In this document: positions 1 to 9,622 of the stretch, piece by piece
Position numbering within the stretch: the first letter of the stretch is position 1
Layout of the letters: every line of letters starts with the position of its first letter
Source: Candidatus Thorarchaeota archaeon
Lineage (GTDB): Archaea > Asgardarchaeota > Heimdallarchaeia > Hodarchaeales > Hodarchaeaceae
Length of the DNA: 32,000 bases
Assembly (NCBI GenBank): GCA_048882505.1
Contig: JBHLRO010000008.1
Location: 60,001-92,000 of the forward strand
Direction of reading: 5' to 3'
Notes under the pieces: model-generated
Told to the model about the DNA's origin: nothing
What the model saw: only the letters and a program-made list of their open reading frames with translations
The model's database searches: none
Program-made: the position numbers and the translations under genes

Positions 1-93
1 TGAGAGTTCAATACCACGTAAAGCTGCTACTTGAACTTCACTGTTTAATCCAGTGTAGATTTTTATAACGTCTTTACACTCAAGAAACGCCAT
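1..93 (-). CDS. ABC transporter ATP-binding protein (LolD/MacB-type), N-terminal 31 aa, runs off the left edge; not in the ORF track
   Basis: Manual translation from ATG at 93: MAFLECKDVIKIYTGLNSEVQVAALRGIELS, the typical opening of LolD-like ATPases (L-x-C-x-x-V-x-K-x-Y...V-x-A-L-R-G-I). The ATG overlaps the permease stop (TGATG). Confidence 0.85.
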   Translation of the reverse strand, partial: MAFLECKDVIKIYTGLNSEVQVAALRGIELS

Positions 94-3062
94 CATTCGA
101 CCTTCAGCAACCGACTAATGTCTGTCTGGGAGATAAAGATGATTGGAATAAGACTACTTCCACTAGAAACCAGGAAAACCGCAAGGATAATCGGAAGAAT
201 CGGGGTAGGGAAAGTGATGACAAAAGGTGTCGTTAATGCCTGAATCTGAACCACCTGAAAAAAGATTGAAGTAAAGAAAAAACCAGAAATAACCCCGAGA
301 AGTGTTCCGAAAACAATAATGGTGGATGATTCTAGCAGGAGTAGTTGCCACGACTGAATTCGAGTGAGTCCTAAAGCTCTTTCAACAGCCATCTCCCTTC
401 CACGCTCAAGATAGATAAACAATGCGAACATAATCATACTTGCAATTGAAATAGTGACACTGAAAATAAGAGCAGAATTGAGAACAGCAAGATTAAAGCG
501 GTGGTTGAAAGAATCCAAGTATTCATTATACTCCAACCACGGAACCTTTATAGAAGTAGAAGTTAGATTCTCCACTGACTCCGTTACTGTTCCAATGTTT
601 GGTTCGAAATCAACATTTATCAGACACCTTGAACCAATCGAGCCCGGAATTATGATACTACGAGAAAGTAAACTGGAGAACAGGTTAATCGAACCGATCA
701 GATATACGTTTGATTTAAAGTCGGTTACTGTCTCAAGATTGATGGATGGCCAATAGTTGAACGTTCCTACAAGCCGAAAAGGGCTTAGAACATTATACCT
801 GTAATACGATGAATAAAGACTTGGTTGTAATAACCATCCAATTCTTAGCTGAAGTTCACTTAAATTCTTACTGAGGATCAAGACTGACGAATTGCCTTCT
901 TCCAAAGCTTTAAAGGCGTTCTTTACTGAGGTGCTCAATCCGAATTCTGGAAAGCTTATTATTGTCTCAGGATAAGATTTTGGATCGACGAATAGGAAAT
1001 GGTACGTCACATCAGACTGTGATCCCAGTATACGTCGAGATTCAGCCCTTGCAGTATATTCTACCGTTGCTTGTGAAACATGAGACGAATTTCTGAGTTT
1101 CTCTATCAGAAAGGGATCTTCTGAGCCGTCCAGCGAAAAAGAAATATCCGCTCCTGACGAGAAATACAAACGTAAATTCTCAGAGTGATCCAAGCTGACG
1201 ATCAGCGCAGAAGAGACAACTGAAAAGGCGATGGCTAGAGTAAAAACAAGTGCGGCACGGCTGGCTCGGTGTTTATACCGCCTAACGTTGCTTAGAGCAT
1301 AGAATAAAACATCCCGCTCATACCGCCAGGCCATTTTTGCGGCCTTTTTTATGGAGTAATAGAATATTCTTGCTGTAATCGTTACAAAGCCGATAAAAAT
1401 GAGGAAAGGAGCAATAATGAAAAAAATCTGCACTAGATTCATCACTGAGGGCGTTCGTTCCGCACTAGTTAATCCGTTGACAAAAGAGATCACACCGATC
1501 CATAACACGATCCCCAGTATGAAAACAAACATGTCTAAGTAATATCTTTTCCAGAATGGAGCCTGAATTTCGATTGGAACCGTAGTTTCTTCAATGTCCT
1601 GGCGACTCATTTTGATGATTCGGAGGATGTTTACAGCAAGAGCTAGTAAAACACCTAGAAGGATTAAATTTTGCAGCGTTCCAATAGACGTTCTAACGTC
1701 TTTCGATTGACCTAGAAATTCCAAGAAAGCTGTGGATCGTAAGACCAGGGATGTTAAAAAAACGCTAAGTACAAAACTTAAAGTTATAGCAACCATTGTT
1801 GAGACCAGCATCTCCCCGAACAAAATTCCTAAGACCTGCCGTCGACTTCCTCCCCGTGTCTTCAATATGGCTATTTGGTTTTGTTTCTGACGTCCAATCA
1901 ATCCAAAGGCGTATACCATCAAGTAAAGCGAGATCCCCAAGAGTGGTGCTCCCAATAATAAAAGCTCTAAAACCAGTTCTGAACTCCTTCTCTCATATGC
2001 TCGCAATCCCTCAATAACTGAACTCGTAATAATTGAATTATATCCGTAGGAGTCGATTGAATCTCCTAAAGAATATAGTAATCCTAAAAGATTTTGGATC
2101 TCAGAAGGGGTATCGTATACATTAAACGTGTCTCTTTGAAGAAATATCTTGCCCCACATGAATTTGGTCAACCACCGAGCACTGTCAACTTCTAGTTTGA
2201 TAACCACTTCTTCAGGGTATGTAGCATTCAAAATGCCTTGAATGGACAAAGGGGGAGAAAGTATTCTATAAGGATAACTCCACGAATAGTTTAGATATTT
2301 GGCTAAGTGCTGGGTGATAGTATCTAGCGTCGAAAATTCAAGAATTGTGCTTGAAGCTTCAATAATTCCTACAACGTTCACTGATTTGTTCGGTCTACTG
2401 CTAGGATCTTTAATAACCGGGTCGAACTCTGGTACAAGATAATAATTATAGTTCGGAAGTGTTAAATCAATAGTGGAGTTAATCGTAATATTATGAAGAT
2501 CCTCATTGTATAGTTCAGAATTATTCGTCACATCTGGTTTGATCAGAAGAACTTCGGATTCGTTTTGAGGAAATCTGCCATCGTATAGAATCCCGGCGCT
2601 TTGATTTAGCTTTTCAAAGAAAGATTTAGACGAAGAGGTAGCAAGATCAAAGTCTATCAAATCATATGGCGAAGAATTCCTCATTATGGAAATACCTAGT
2701 TGTGTATACCAGAACGATTCAGCGATATACTTCCCAAATTTGGAGCCGATCCCCTTTTCCAGCATTGCATTATAATGGGAAAAATCAGTATATCTCTGGG
2801 CTCCATAAATTAGCGGATAGAATCCATTTAATTGGATATTAATATCAGCCTGTCTTTCATTCTCTGAAGATGTCTCAAATACTAATTTCTCAAAAAAATC
2901 CACTCGAGAAGATTCTACCAGCAATTGAGCCTCTGTAAATACCGCTAAAGCTAAAATAAGGCCGAAGATTGAAGGTATAATTAATTTCCGAGAGTTGAAG
3001 ACAACATCCAAGGCTAAAGAAAATAAATCCAAACTCCGTTTAACCCTGGATCTGGAGGCCAT
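93..3062 (-). CDS. ABC transporter permease, double FtsX/MacB-type, 989 aa
   Basis: Two repeats of an N-terminal TM, a large extracytoplasmic domain and a 3-TM FtsX module, with signatures RQKQNQIAILKTRGGSRRQV and ERGREMAVERALGLTRIQ. Directly followed by an ABC ATPase. Confidence 0.9.
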   Translation of the reverse strand: MASRSRVKRSLDLFSLALDVVFNSRKLIIPSIFGLILALAVFTEAQLLVESSRVDFFEKLVFETSSENERQADINIQLNGFYPLIYGAQRYTDFSHYNAMLEKGIGSKFGKYIAESFWYTQLGISIMRNSSPYDLIDFDLATSSSKSFFEKLNQSAGILYDGRFPQNESEVLLIKPDVTNNSELYNEDLHNITINSTIDLTLPNYNYYLVPEFDPVIKDPSSRPNKSVNVVGIIEASSTILEFSTLDTITQHLAKYLNYSWSYPYRILSPPLSIQGILNATYPEEVVIKLEVDSARWLTKFMWGKIFLQRDTFNVYDTPSEIQNLLGLLYSLGDSIDSYGYNSIITSSVIEGLRAYERRSSELVLELLLLGAPLLGISLYLMVYAFGLIGRQKQNQIAILKTRGGSRRQVLGILFGEMLVSTMVAITLSFVLSVFLTSLVLRSTAFLEFLGQSKDVRTSIGTLQNLILLGVLLALAVNILRIIKMSRQDIEETTVPIEIQAPFWKRYYLDMFVFILGIVLWIGVISFVNGLTSAERTPSVMNLVQIFFIIAPFLIFIGFVTITARIFYYSIKKAAKMAWRYERDVLFYALSNVRRYKHRASRAALVFTLAIAFSVVSSALIVSLDHSENLRLYFSSGADISFSLDGSEDPFLIEKLRNSSHVSQATVEYTARAESRRILGSQSDVTYHFLFVDPKSYPETIISFPEFGLSTSVKNAFKALEEGNSSVLILSKNLSELQLRIGWLLQPSLYSSYYRYNVLSPFRLVGTFNYWPSINLETVTDFKSNVYLIGSINLFSSLLSRSIIIPGSIGSRCLINVDFEPNIGTVTESVENLTSTSIKVPWLEYNEYLDSFNHRFNLAVLNSALIFSVTISIASMIMFALFIYLERGREMAVERALGLTRIQSWQLLLLESSTIIVFGTLLGVISGFFFTSIFFQVVQIQALTTPFVITFPTPILPIILAVFLVSSGSSLIPIIFISQTDISRLLKVE

Positions 3063-3087
3063 AAGCGGTTTGCGGGTGTCTTAAGAG

Positions 3088-3106
3088 TATTTAAAAAGAT
3101 TTTTTT
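3088..3106 (-). promoter_or_regulatory. Probable archaeal TATA box with A-rich BRE-like stretch for the ABC permease
   Basis: Minus strand reads AAAAAAAATCTTTTAAATA, with the TTTTAAATA box ending 26 nt upstream of the ATG at 3062. This is the spacing expected for a leaderless transcript. Confidence 0.5.
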
Positions 3107-3218
3107 TGTATTGTTCCTAAAATTATTTATTCACCTTTGTGGTTAAAGCAATTCTAATAAGAGGCGAAATGAGGGTTTTTCAGAGAAATTAGCGGTAGCC
3201 GAGGTCTTATTATTGTCG

Positions 3219-4325
3219 TTAAGTGATCTTTAATCTTTCTTTAATCCTTTTGTAACCAATCAATAATGTTATCGCTATTAGGATAGGTAAGAAGTAAAAG
3301 CTAGTGGTTTTTGGCGCGATTGCTACCTTTTCGATGCTAGTTACTGTAAATTTACTGTAAGATATAGTTAATAAGCTTGAATTCTCATCAAGAATATCGA
3401 CATCTTGCGTACTCTGTAAATTTGTACCAGAAAACTTACTTTTCCATATAGTATAGTCAGCTTCAATCGAAAAATGTTCTTGACCTAAGAAATCACGTTT
3501 ATATCCAAGTTTTTCAAGGACCCAAGTCGGAATGCTTGCAGTCACATTATTAATCGGGATGGTTAAATCTTCCTCCCTGGTGATTGAAAATTCGACGGAC
3601 CTATCACCAATCTCGATGGAAATTGTATCGCCAATCTTCCAGCCTGAAGTATCCATAGCAAAATCGTCTATTTTCACACCTTCTTCTGTTTCAAGCGTGA
3701 TTGGATCAAGCGTTGAGGTTCCAACTAGAGGAAACTCGGCCAGATTTGTTTGTAACTCAAATTGAACATAAATGGAATTATCAACAATCTTGTCATCGTT
3801 AAACCATACGAGGTAGTAGGTACCTGACGTTGTGGCATTAAATGTATCCTTATCGCCAGAGGTAGTGCTCAACGAGAATAAAGCCTCCGCTTGATCTGTT
3901 GTTTCGGGTTTTCTCCATAATTCATATTGATCTTCTTCAAAGATAAGAAAATCAATAGTTCCTGGTGACATTCCAAATTCATATTCAATGGAATCGCCAC
4001 TATTTAATGAATACGCAATGCGAACGAAGAAACCTTCTTCAATTATGATCGCATCGTGTATGAAGGTATTTGATTCTGAGATGTTGAATTTTGCTCTTCC
4101 GTCTTCATCCAGCCCGTCAAAGACGTAACTCCCCTCTTGTATATATTCATTATCAAATGAGTCGCCTTCATAATCTTCAGTCGTTTTACTTGTATAATAA
4201 AGTTTGCTTCCCGTTTCCCAGTAACTAGTTATTGTGAATGTCTGACCTTTAGTCGTAGATACAGCTCCGAAGAGAAAAACAACTAGTAAAACTTTTAGGA
4301 TTTGAAATTTCTTATTTGTTAACAT
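3219..4325 (-). CDS. Type I membrane/surface protein with a GOLD (emp24)-like beta-sandwich; probable start 4325 rather than 4385
   Basis: Signal peptide MLTNKKFQILKVLLVVFLFGAVSTTKG, preceded by an AGGT SD-like motif. Central segment LNSGDSIEYEF..IDFLIFEEDQYELW...FNATTSGTYYLVWFND. C-terminal TM FYFLPILIAITLLIG plus basic tail YKRIKERLKIT. Confidence 0.7.
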   Translation of the reverse strand: MLTNKKFQILKVLLVVFLFGAVSTTKGQTFTITSYWETGSKLYYTSKTTEDYEGDSFDNEYIQEGSYVFDGLDEDGRAKFNISESNTFIHDAIIIEEGFFVRIAYSLNSGDSIEYEFGMSPGTIDFLIFEEDQYELWRKPETTDQAEALFSLSTTSGDKDTFNATTSGTYYLVWFNDDKIVDNSIYVQFELQTNLAEFPLVGTSTLDPITLETEEGVKIDDFAMDTSGWKIGDTISIEIGDRSVEFSITREEDLTIPINNVTASIPTWVLEKLGYKRDFLGQEHFSIEADYTIWKSKFSGTNLQSTQDVDILDENSSLLTISYSKFTVTSIEKVAIAPKTTSFYFLPILIAITLLIGYKRIKERLKIT

Positions 4326-4403
4326 AGTGATTACCTTTTCGTGGTCTTGGTGCAAATTTTCTTTATTATCCGCGAGAGTCATCAATCCTTATTACTACGA
4401 GAG

Positions 4404-4418
4404 AAGGTTTTAAACCTT
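4404..4418. promoter_or_regulatory. Palindrome AAGGTTT-T-AAACCTT overlapping a TTTTAAA box in the divergent intergenic region
   Basis: Perfect 7-bp arms with a 1-nt centre, read directly, between the divergent surface protein and subtilase genes. Confidence 0.4.
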
Positions 4419-4478
4419 TTTTACAAATAAATCGAAAATGGTCTCAATACGCTAGTTATAAATAGGAAGGTCTGCTGT

Positions 4479-7400
4479 TTGGGGTATTCTTTCAAAAGAT
4501 TGAAGATAGCGATTATATTAAACTTACTGTTTCTTTCTTCGAATTATTTTCTTCCGGTCGTTGATTTACATCCAATCCAAAGCCCAATGGTATCGAATTC
4601 CGCCACAGCTACTTTAAATTCCGATGATATCGAAACCGTAAAGAAATCAGATGACGATAGGGATTCCGAGAATCTCATCTGGGAACAGAAGACCCTGGTC
4701 AATCGTCAATCGGAGAGAAAAGAACGAAGTATTCCGTTACCTGGATCTCTGAGGGAAATGATCCTTAGGACTCCCAGGTCTCTCTGGAAAACTACACCAG
4801 TTAGGCTGATTTTGACATTTGAAGCGCGGAAGGAGACTTTATCAAATTCACTATCCAAATATAATCCAGAATACATGAAAAGACTCCCCCTTGCTATCAT
4901 AGATACTACATTGGACTCTTTTGAAGATCTGCAGACGATTCCTGGAGTTTCTGGCGTATATTTGGACGAATTAATACCTCTGGATCGTTTTGCCCTGGGG
5001 TCTCCCTTGGCCGAAGGGCAAGAAGGGATAGCTACCTATCCATCGGAGAGCATCATTGGCGCCCGTTACCTACAGGATTTGGGTGTGAATGGTTCTGGGG
5101 TTACTATTGCAGTTCTAGATACGGGGATCGACTCTAACCACCCTGATTTGGACGACTTAGACAATGATGATTCTACTGATGATCCGAAAGTTATCCTTGA
5201 AGCTTCATTTATAGATTTTGACGAGGATGGACTCAACGATACGTCCCCCATGGGCGATCATTTTCATGGTACACACGTAGCAGGAATAGCAGCTGGTAAT
5301 GGACTCTTAAAAGGTGTAGCGCCAGGGGCTACACTTATGAACGGTAAAGTTCTTGATGCGAACTTTGGAGGAAGAACGAGCTGGATAGTAAAAGGAATGG
5401 ATTGGGCCATACAGAACGGAGCCGATATCATTTCAATGTCTTTGGGCGGACTTCCAGGAGACGCTTCTCCGCTCTTCGAAGCAGCGGCTAATGCTGCCTG
5501 GAGTAATGGCACAATAGTTGTAGCCTCTGCTGGAAATGATGGACCGTCCCCAGGCACTATTTCAAGCCCTGGATTAGAATCGAGAACCATAACTGTTGGG
5601 GCTTCCAACATTTACAACGATGTCGGTTTCTTCTCCAGTAGGGGGCCAGCTCTTACGGGTACAGTTGACCCAGACATAACCGCCCCTGGGAGAGGAATTC
5701 TTTCCTTGAAACCAAAAGGGGGCTATATAACAGCGAGTGGAACCTCAATGGCCGCTCCCGCGGTTTCAGGAGTGTTGGCCTTACTAATTTCTGGAGACCC
5801 GAATGCGACCCTCAGTGAACTTAGAAGTGCTCTACTAAGTACCGCCACTGATTTGGGCAGACATGTATTCACGCAAGGAGCGGGCCTGGTTAACGCTTCA
5901 GCTGCATATCAATTACTTAAGTCCCAAGATTTGAACGTTTATGCCTATCCTTCCTTCAGTAACTCCTCCCCGTTGGTTCTTAGCCCCGGCGAAAGATATG
6001 ACTACCAACTTGACCTATTCCTTAATCATACATTTGGTTCCCTTAATTTAACCCCTTCTGCAAATGTTAAACCGCATGTGAATGTTTCATTAATTGATTC
6101 AGGATTGGAAGGTTGGATTAGGGCTCGAATCAATGTTACTGGGCCATTGATGGATGTCACGGGAGTCTTGATGGTTAATGATGGACCCCAAAACTACTAT
6201 AATGCAACCCTTTCAATGGTGGTCGATAGAGAGGAAAATGATGGGGGAAGCGGAACCGATGCAGGAGAAACATTTGCAGGAGCTCTCTCTATATCCTTGG
6301 GAGTACCTATCGATGGAGAAGCATTTAAGTGGGATAAGGATCTATATTCTATTTCGGTTGTCCAAGATCAAGCATATTCAGTAGTGCTTTCGAACATGAC
6401 TGAGAATCTCAATCTTTTTATTTCTGATGAGACTGGAAATATATTCAATGCTAGTAGACAACCCGGAATAGTGCCTGAAGAAATTTTATTCAAAGCCTAT
6501 AGCACTGGCGATTATTATATAAAAATTGAAGGCGAATTACCCGGGAAATATAGCATGCTTGTCCGAGCATCAAGCGAAAGCGAAATTATTTCGAGTCCTC
6601 CCGCATATCTAACAGGGAACATGTGGAGTCATCCTGTTGATAATGACTTGGACGGCCTAGGTGAGGAACTAGTTTTTAGCATTGAAGTAAACGTTTCGAA
6701 GGCAGGCAAATACAATTTTTGGTATTCAGTAGCTCAAAACCGCCCTGATTACTTCTTTGGTCGTTATGTCTTTGTTTGGGATTTGTTGAATTTTACTTTA
6801 CAATCAGGGTTGCAGAACCTGACCATCTCTATTCCTGGCGGATTACTACAATCTTCTGGGTTTAATGGCTCATATATAATTAATGAACTAGCTTTTGGTA
6901 AATATGGTTTTTCCCTACTCTTGTTTTATGGCGTGGAAGTTTTTACCACGCCCGTACAGTACCATTCCTCATTTGAGGCGTTGAATAATAGGCTTAAATC
7001 GCATATGATAACTGAGAAAGATATTGATGGAGATGGCACTCCTGAAACGATCCAGATACGCCTTGAATTTGAATTTTCAAGGCGAGGAAGTTATGCTGTC
7101 TCTATCCCTGTTCTTAACGAGAATCAGAACGAAGTACTTGCCGCAAATGGGACGACGTTTGGGGTCTCACGGCTTGGTATCACTCAAGTCTCTGTAGAAT
7201 TCATGGCACAGCAGTTTGGAAATCAGAACGATATCGTGTTATTTGGCATCGCAGGTTCTTGGTTCAGATACTTAATTCCAATTTACTATCGAATCACGAA
7301 ATCAAACCTTAAGAATTTTGATTCAACCATTGAGTTCACGATAGGAGATAGACCCGTTGATACGAATAAAACCGGAAAGGTGGATGTCCTTAGATTCGTT

Positions 7401-9371
7401 TTCGTGATTACCTCGAAAATTAACACAACTATGGAACTTTTCACAGGCCACCCATTTAGTCTGTCAAATGAAACGATGATACTTGTCAATTCAGCAGAAA
7501 AAAACGCGACTCTTGAACCAGGTTTAAGTGTGATAGAAATTGATTTTGACCTCAGAGTCTTGAGAGGGAAAAACCTGCATGGGCCTTATTTTTTCCCAAA
7601 TCTTGGCTTTTCCCTCCCCGAAGGGTTGGGAACTTACGAAATACCTTATATTACCCAAGATTATCGATTTTCCTCTCTTGAACAACCACCCCAGCGATTC
7701 GAAGCTTTCTACGGAGGTACGCCCTATGCCTTTGAGTATGATGCAGGTATCGAGGTTACATGGCGGGTTACTTCGTTAGTCCAAGCCAAGGTGATATTTG
7801 AATTTGTCATATGGGAGTATGAACCGCGAGAAGGAGAGTTTCGAAAAACGATCACCTTCACTAGAAAAGTTTCCGTCGGGACATTCAATGTCTCGTTTAA
7901 ATTGACCTCAGAGGATCTGTATTATTCTAAGTATGTTGGGGGGCTTGAAATCTATACTGCTAGCATTTATTCTTTTGGTATCGAAAATAGGCTACAACAC
8001 CGCTTTCAGGAACATAATTTATCTCTCGTGGATTTTACGTTTCATGCAGGGATTTTACCTAGCGTAAATTTCAACGATTATGCGAAATACATGGATTTCT
8101 ACTTTGTCTCCAAACCTGAAATGAGATTTCAGGATTTTGATCAAAACAAGGTTTACGAAGGATTCGAGTTGAATTCCACCGTACATGTGGATGAACCTGG
8201 AAAGTATCAGGTGGTTGTGGTCTTGTATTCCAGAAATGATTACTTATGGAGTACAATTAGAGATCAAATTCAGTTATATGTTTCCGGAGAGGATAATTAC
8301 ACCGTTTCATTCTTCTTCAATGCTAAGACTCTTGTCAGGAAAGGATTTGATCGTATAGTCTACGGAAACCTCTCAATCAGGAGGGACGAGACAGGACAAC
8401 AGATAGAAATAATGGTACCCCACTTTCGTATGAATAAAAGCCAATTAAGCTATTCTAGCGCAGTCCAGTTTGGAACAATCGTAGCTGAACACGAATTTGA
8501 TCGTGATGGTGATGGTAACTGGGATGGCGTACAAGTTGAAACTATGCTGAGTTCCACTCAGGAAGGCTCTTACGAGATATCTTTCGGCGCTTATTCGCAG
8601 CTGGGAGACTATCTCGAGATGTACCTAGGAAATATAACACTATCGAATGTACAACTTCAGTTGGGATCACAAGGGGTAAATTTTACTATTCCCTATTATT
8701 ATTTCCTCGCTATCTTTCAAGAAGCCGAAAAACTAGCCATATCTGCTGAAATAGAAATTATTTTGGTGCCAATTTTCGGTTTAGACAGTACGGGACTCTT
8801 CTTGATCTCGGATAAACCTTATTTTCTGACCAAAACCTACGACTTGAATGATTTTAATATGAATCTCCCTTTCTCGTTTAGTTCTGTAAAAATTTCCCAG
8901 AATGATGGTGATGAGGATAAACAGGTAGATAGTGTTGAAATTTCCTTGAAAATTCTTGTCAATGATCTAATCCCGTTTTCCATACATGCTCAAATGGATT
9001 TCTTCTGGAGTAATTACAAAAATTCCCTAGATTATGAGATTACCTTTAATCCAAAAAGCACGGGAACAATTGATAGCGTGGTTATGTTCGGATTTGCTGA
9101 AGCATTTACCTACGGGAATACACCAGAAAAATATTCGATCGGCGCAGAACTAAACCTAGTTTCTTTTGATGGAATAACAATCGATACTTATCTTACACCC
9201 GTTAGACTCCATTTTGAAACAGGAGCTGTTAATCCATCAAATTCTACGACAACGGATGTGCGTCTCCCTTCTCTAACACCTGGATTTACAGAATTCATCG
9301 TTGTTTCGTTATTAGTTCTGTCAATGAGTACGGCTCTTGCAATAGTATTACGTCAGAGATCGCGAAGTTAG
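4479..9371 (+). CDS. Membrane-anchored S8 (subtilisin-family) serine peptidase, 1630 aa
   Basis: Catalytic Asp (IAVLDTG), His (HGTHVAG), oxyanion Asn (SAGNDG) and Ser (SGTSMAAP). N-terminal signal and propeptide, a PPC-like domain after the catalytic domain, repeated beta-rich domains, and C-terminal TPGF + TM + basic tail. Confidence 0.95.
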   Translation: MGYSFKRLKIAIILNLLFLSSNYFLPVVDLHPIQSPMVSNSATATLNSDDIETVKKSDDDRDSENLIWEQKTLVNRQSERKERSIPLPGSLREMILRTPRSLWKTTPVRLILTFEARKETLSNSLSKYNPEYMKRLPLAIIDTTLDSFEDLQTIPGVSGVYLDELIPLDRFALGSPLAEGQEGIATYPSESIIGARYLQDLGVNGSGVTIAVLDTGIDSNHPDLDDLDNDDSTDDPKVILEASFIDFDEDGLNDTSPMGDHFHGTHVAGIAAGNGLLKGVAPGATLMNGKVLDANFGGRTSWIVKGMDWAIQNGADIISMSLGGLPGDASPLFEAAANAAWSNGTIVVASAGNDGPSPGTISSPGLESRTITVGASNIYNDVGFFSSRGPALTGTVDPDITAPGRGILSLKPKGGYITASGTSMAAPAVSGVLALLISGDPNATLSELRSALLSTATDLGRHVFTQGAGLVNASAAYQLLKSQDLNVYAYPSFSNSSPLVLSPGERYDYQLDLFLNHTFGSLNLTPSANVKPHVNVSLIDSGLEGWIRARINVTGPLMDVTGVLMVNDGPQNYYNATLSMVVDREENDGGSGTDAGETFAGALSISLGVPIDGEAFKWDKDLYSISVVQDQAYSVVLSNMTENLNLFISDETGNIFNASRQPGIVPEEILFKAYSTGDYYIKIEGELPGKYSMLVRASSESEIISSPPAYLTGNMWSHPVDNDLDGLGEELVFSIEVNVSKAGKYNFWYSVAQNRPDYFFGRYVFVWDLLNFTLQSGLQNLTISIPGGLLQSSGFNGSYIINELAFGKYGFSLLLFYGVEVFTTPVQYHSSFEALNNRLKSHMITEKDIDGDGTPETIQIRLEFEFSRRGSYAVSIPVLNENQNEVLAANGTTFGVSRLGITQVSVEFMAQQFGNQNDIVLFGIAGSWFRYLIPIYYRITKSNLKNFDSTIEFTIGDRPVDTNKTGKVDVLRFVFVITSKINTTMELFTGHPFSLSNETMILVNSAEKNATLEPGLSVIEIDFDLRVLRGKNLHGPYFFPNLGFSLPEGLGTYEIPYITQDYRFSSLEQPPQRFEAFYGGTPYAFEYDAGIEVTWRVTSLVQAKVIFEFVIWEYEPREGEFRKTITFTRKVSVGTFNVSFKLTSEDLYYSKYVGGLEIYTASIYSFGIENRLQHRFQEHNLSLVDFTFHAGILPSVNFNDYAKYMDFYFVSKPEMRFQDFDQNKVYEGFELNSTVHVDEPGKYQVVVVLYSRNDYLWSTIRDQIQLYVSGEDNYTVSFFFNAKTLVRKGFDRIVYGNLSIRRDETGQQIEIMVPHFRMNKSQLSYSSAVQFGTIVAEHEFDRDGDGNWDGVQVETMLSSTQEGSYEISFGAYSQLGDYLEMYLGNITLSNVQLQLGSQGVNFTIPYYYFLAIFQEAEKLAISAEIEIILVPIFGLDSTGLFLISDKPYFLTKTYDLNDFNMNLPFSFSSVKISQNDGDEDKQVDSVEISLKILVNDLIPFSIHAQMDFFWSNYKNSLDYEITFNPKSTGTIDSVVMFGFAEAFTYGNTPEKYSIGAELNLVSFDGITIDTYLTPVRLHFETGAVNPSNSTTTDVRLPSLTPGFTEFIVVSLLVLSMSTALAIVLRQRSRS
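6639..9230 (+). repeat. About seven tandem ~120-aa beta-rich repeats, each opened by a Dx[DN]xDG-type motif, within the subtilase
   Basis: DNDLDG (6639), DIDGDG (7020), DTNKTG (7359), a degenerate unit near 7700-7750, DFDQNK (8133), DRDGDG (8499) and DGDEDK (8904). Spacings between adjacent intact motifs are 113-135 aa. Confidence 0.7.
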
Positions 9372-9502
9372 AGGACACGAACGGGCGGGGATACGTTGTC
9401 TTAGCGGCAACCAATTGTATTCATGGTAGAATAAGTAACCATTCGAAACGGTAATTTTATCCGCGGAATGTCTGGGAGACCTACAGAACCAGAAGCACGA
9501 CG

Positions 9503-9521
9503 CTTTTAAGGATCTTAAAAG
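9503..9521. other. Inverted repeat CTTTTAAG-GAT-CTTAAAAG between convergent genes
   Basis: 8-bp perfect arms with a 3-nt centre in the convergent subtilase/msrA gap. Function unknown. Confidence 0.35.
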
Positions 9522-9622
9522 GGCGGCTTAAACGAAAGTTAGTAAAGGAATGGGCCTCAGAAAATCCAAATCCCGTCATCCCAAATATATCCTCCTTACA
9601 CAATTCTAGTTAAAACCGAACC

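Noticed and set aside
163-2017. ORFs 163-351, 454-756 and 1796-2017
   Set aside because: They lie inside or antisense to the well-supported permease and have no recognisable motifs. Treated as shadow ORFs.
3219-3240. Dilysine (KKxx/KxKxx) retrieval signal in the tail of the GOLD-like protein
   Set aside because: The tail ends ERLKIT with only one Lys at -3. Basic tails are generic stop-transfer signals.
3532-8256. ORFs 3532-3765, 4706-4900, 5066-5251, 5264-5611, 6178-6384, 7286-7489, 7579-7779 and 8071-8256
   Set aside because: Antisense or alternate-frame overlaps of the surface protein and subtilase genes, with no independent evidence.
6639-9230. EF-hand or integrin FG-GAP interpretation of the Dx[DN]xDG motifs
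   Set aside because: The motifs are flanked by beta-strands rather than helices. The ~120-aa spacing is about twice that of propeller blades, and there are no FG or GAP signatures.
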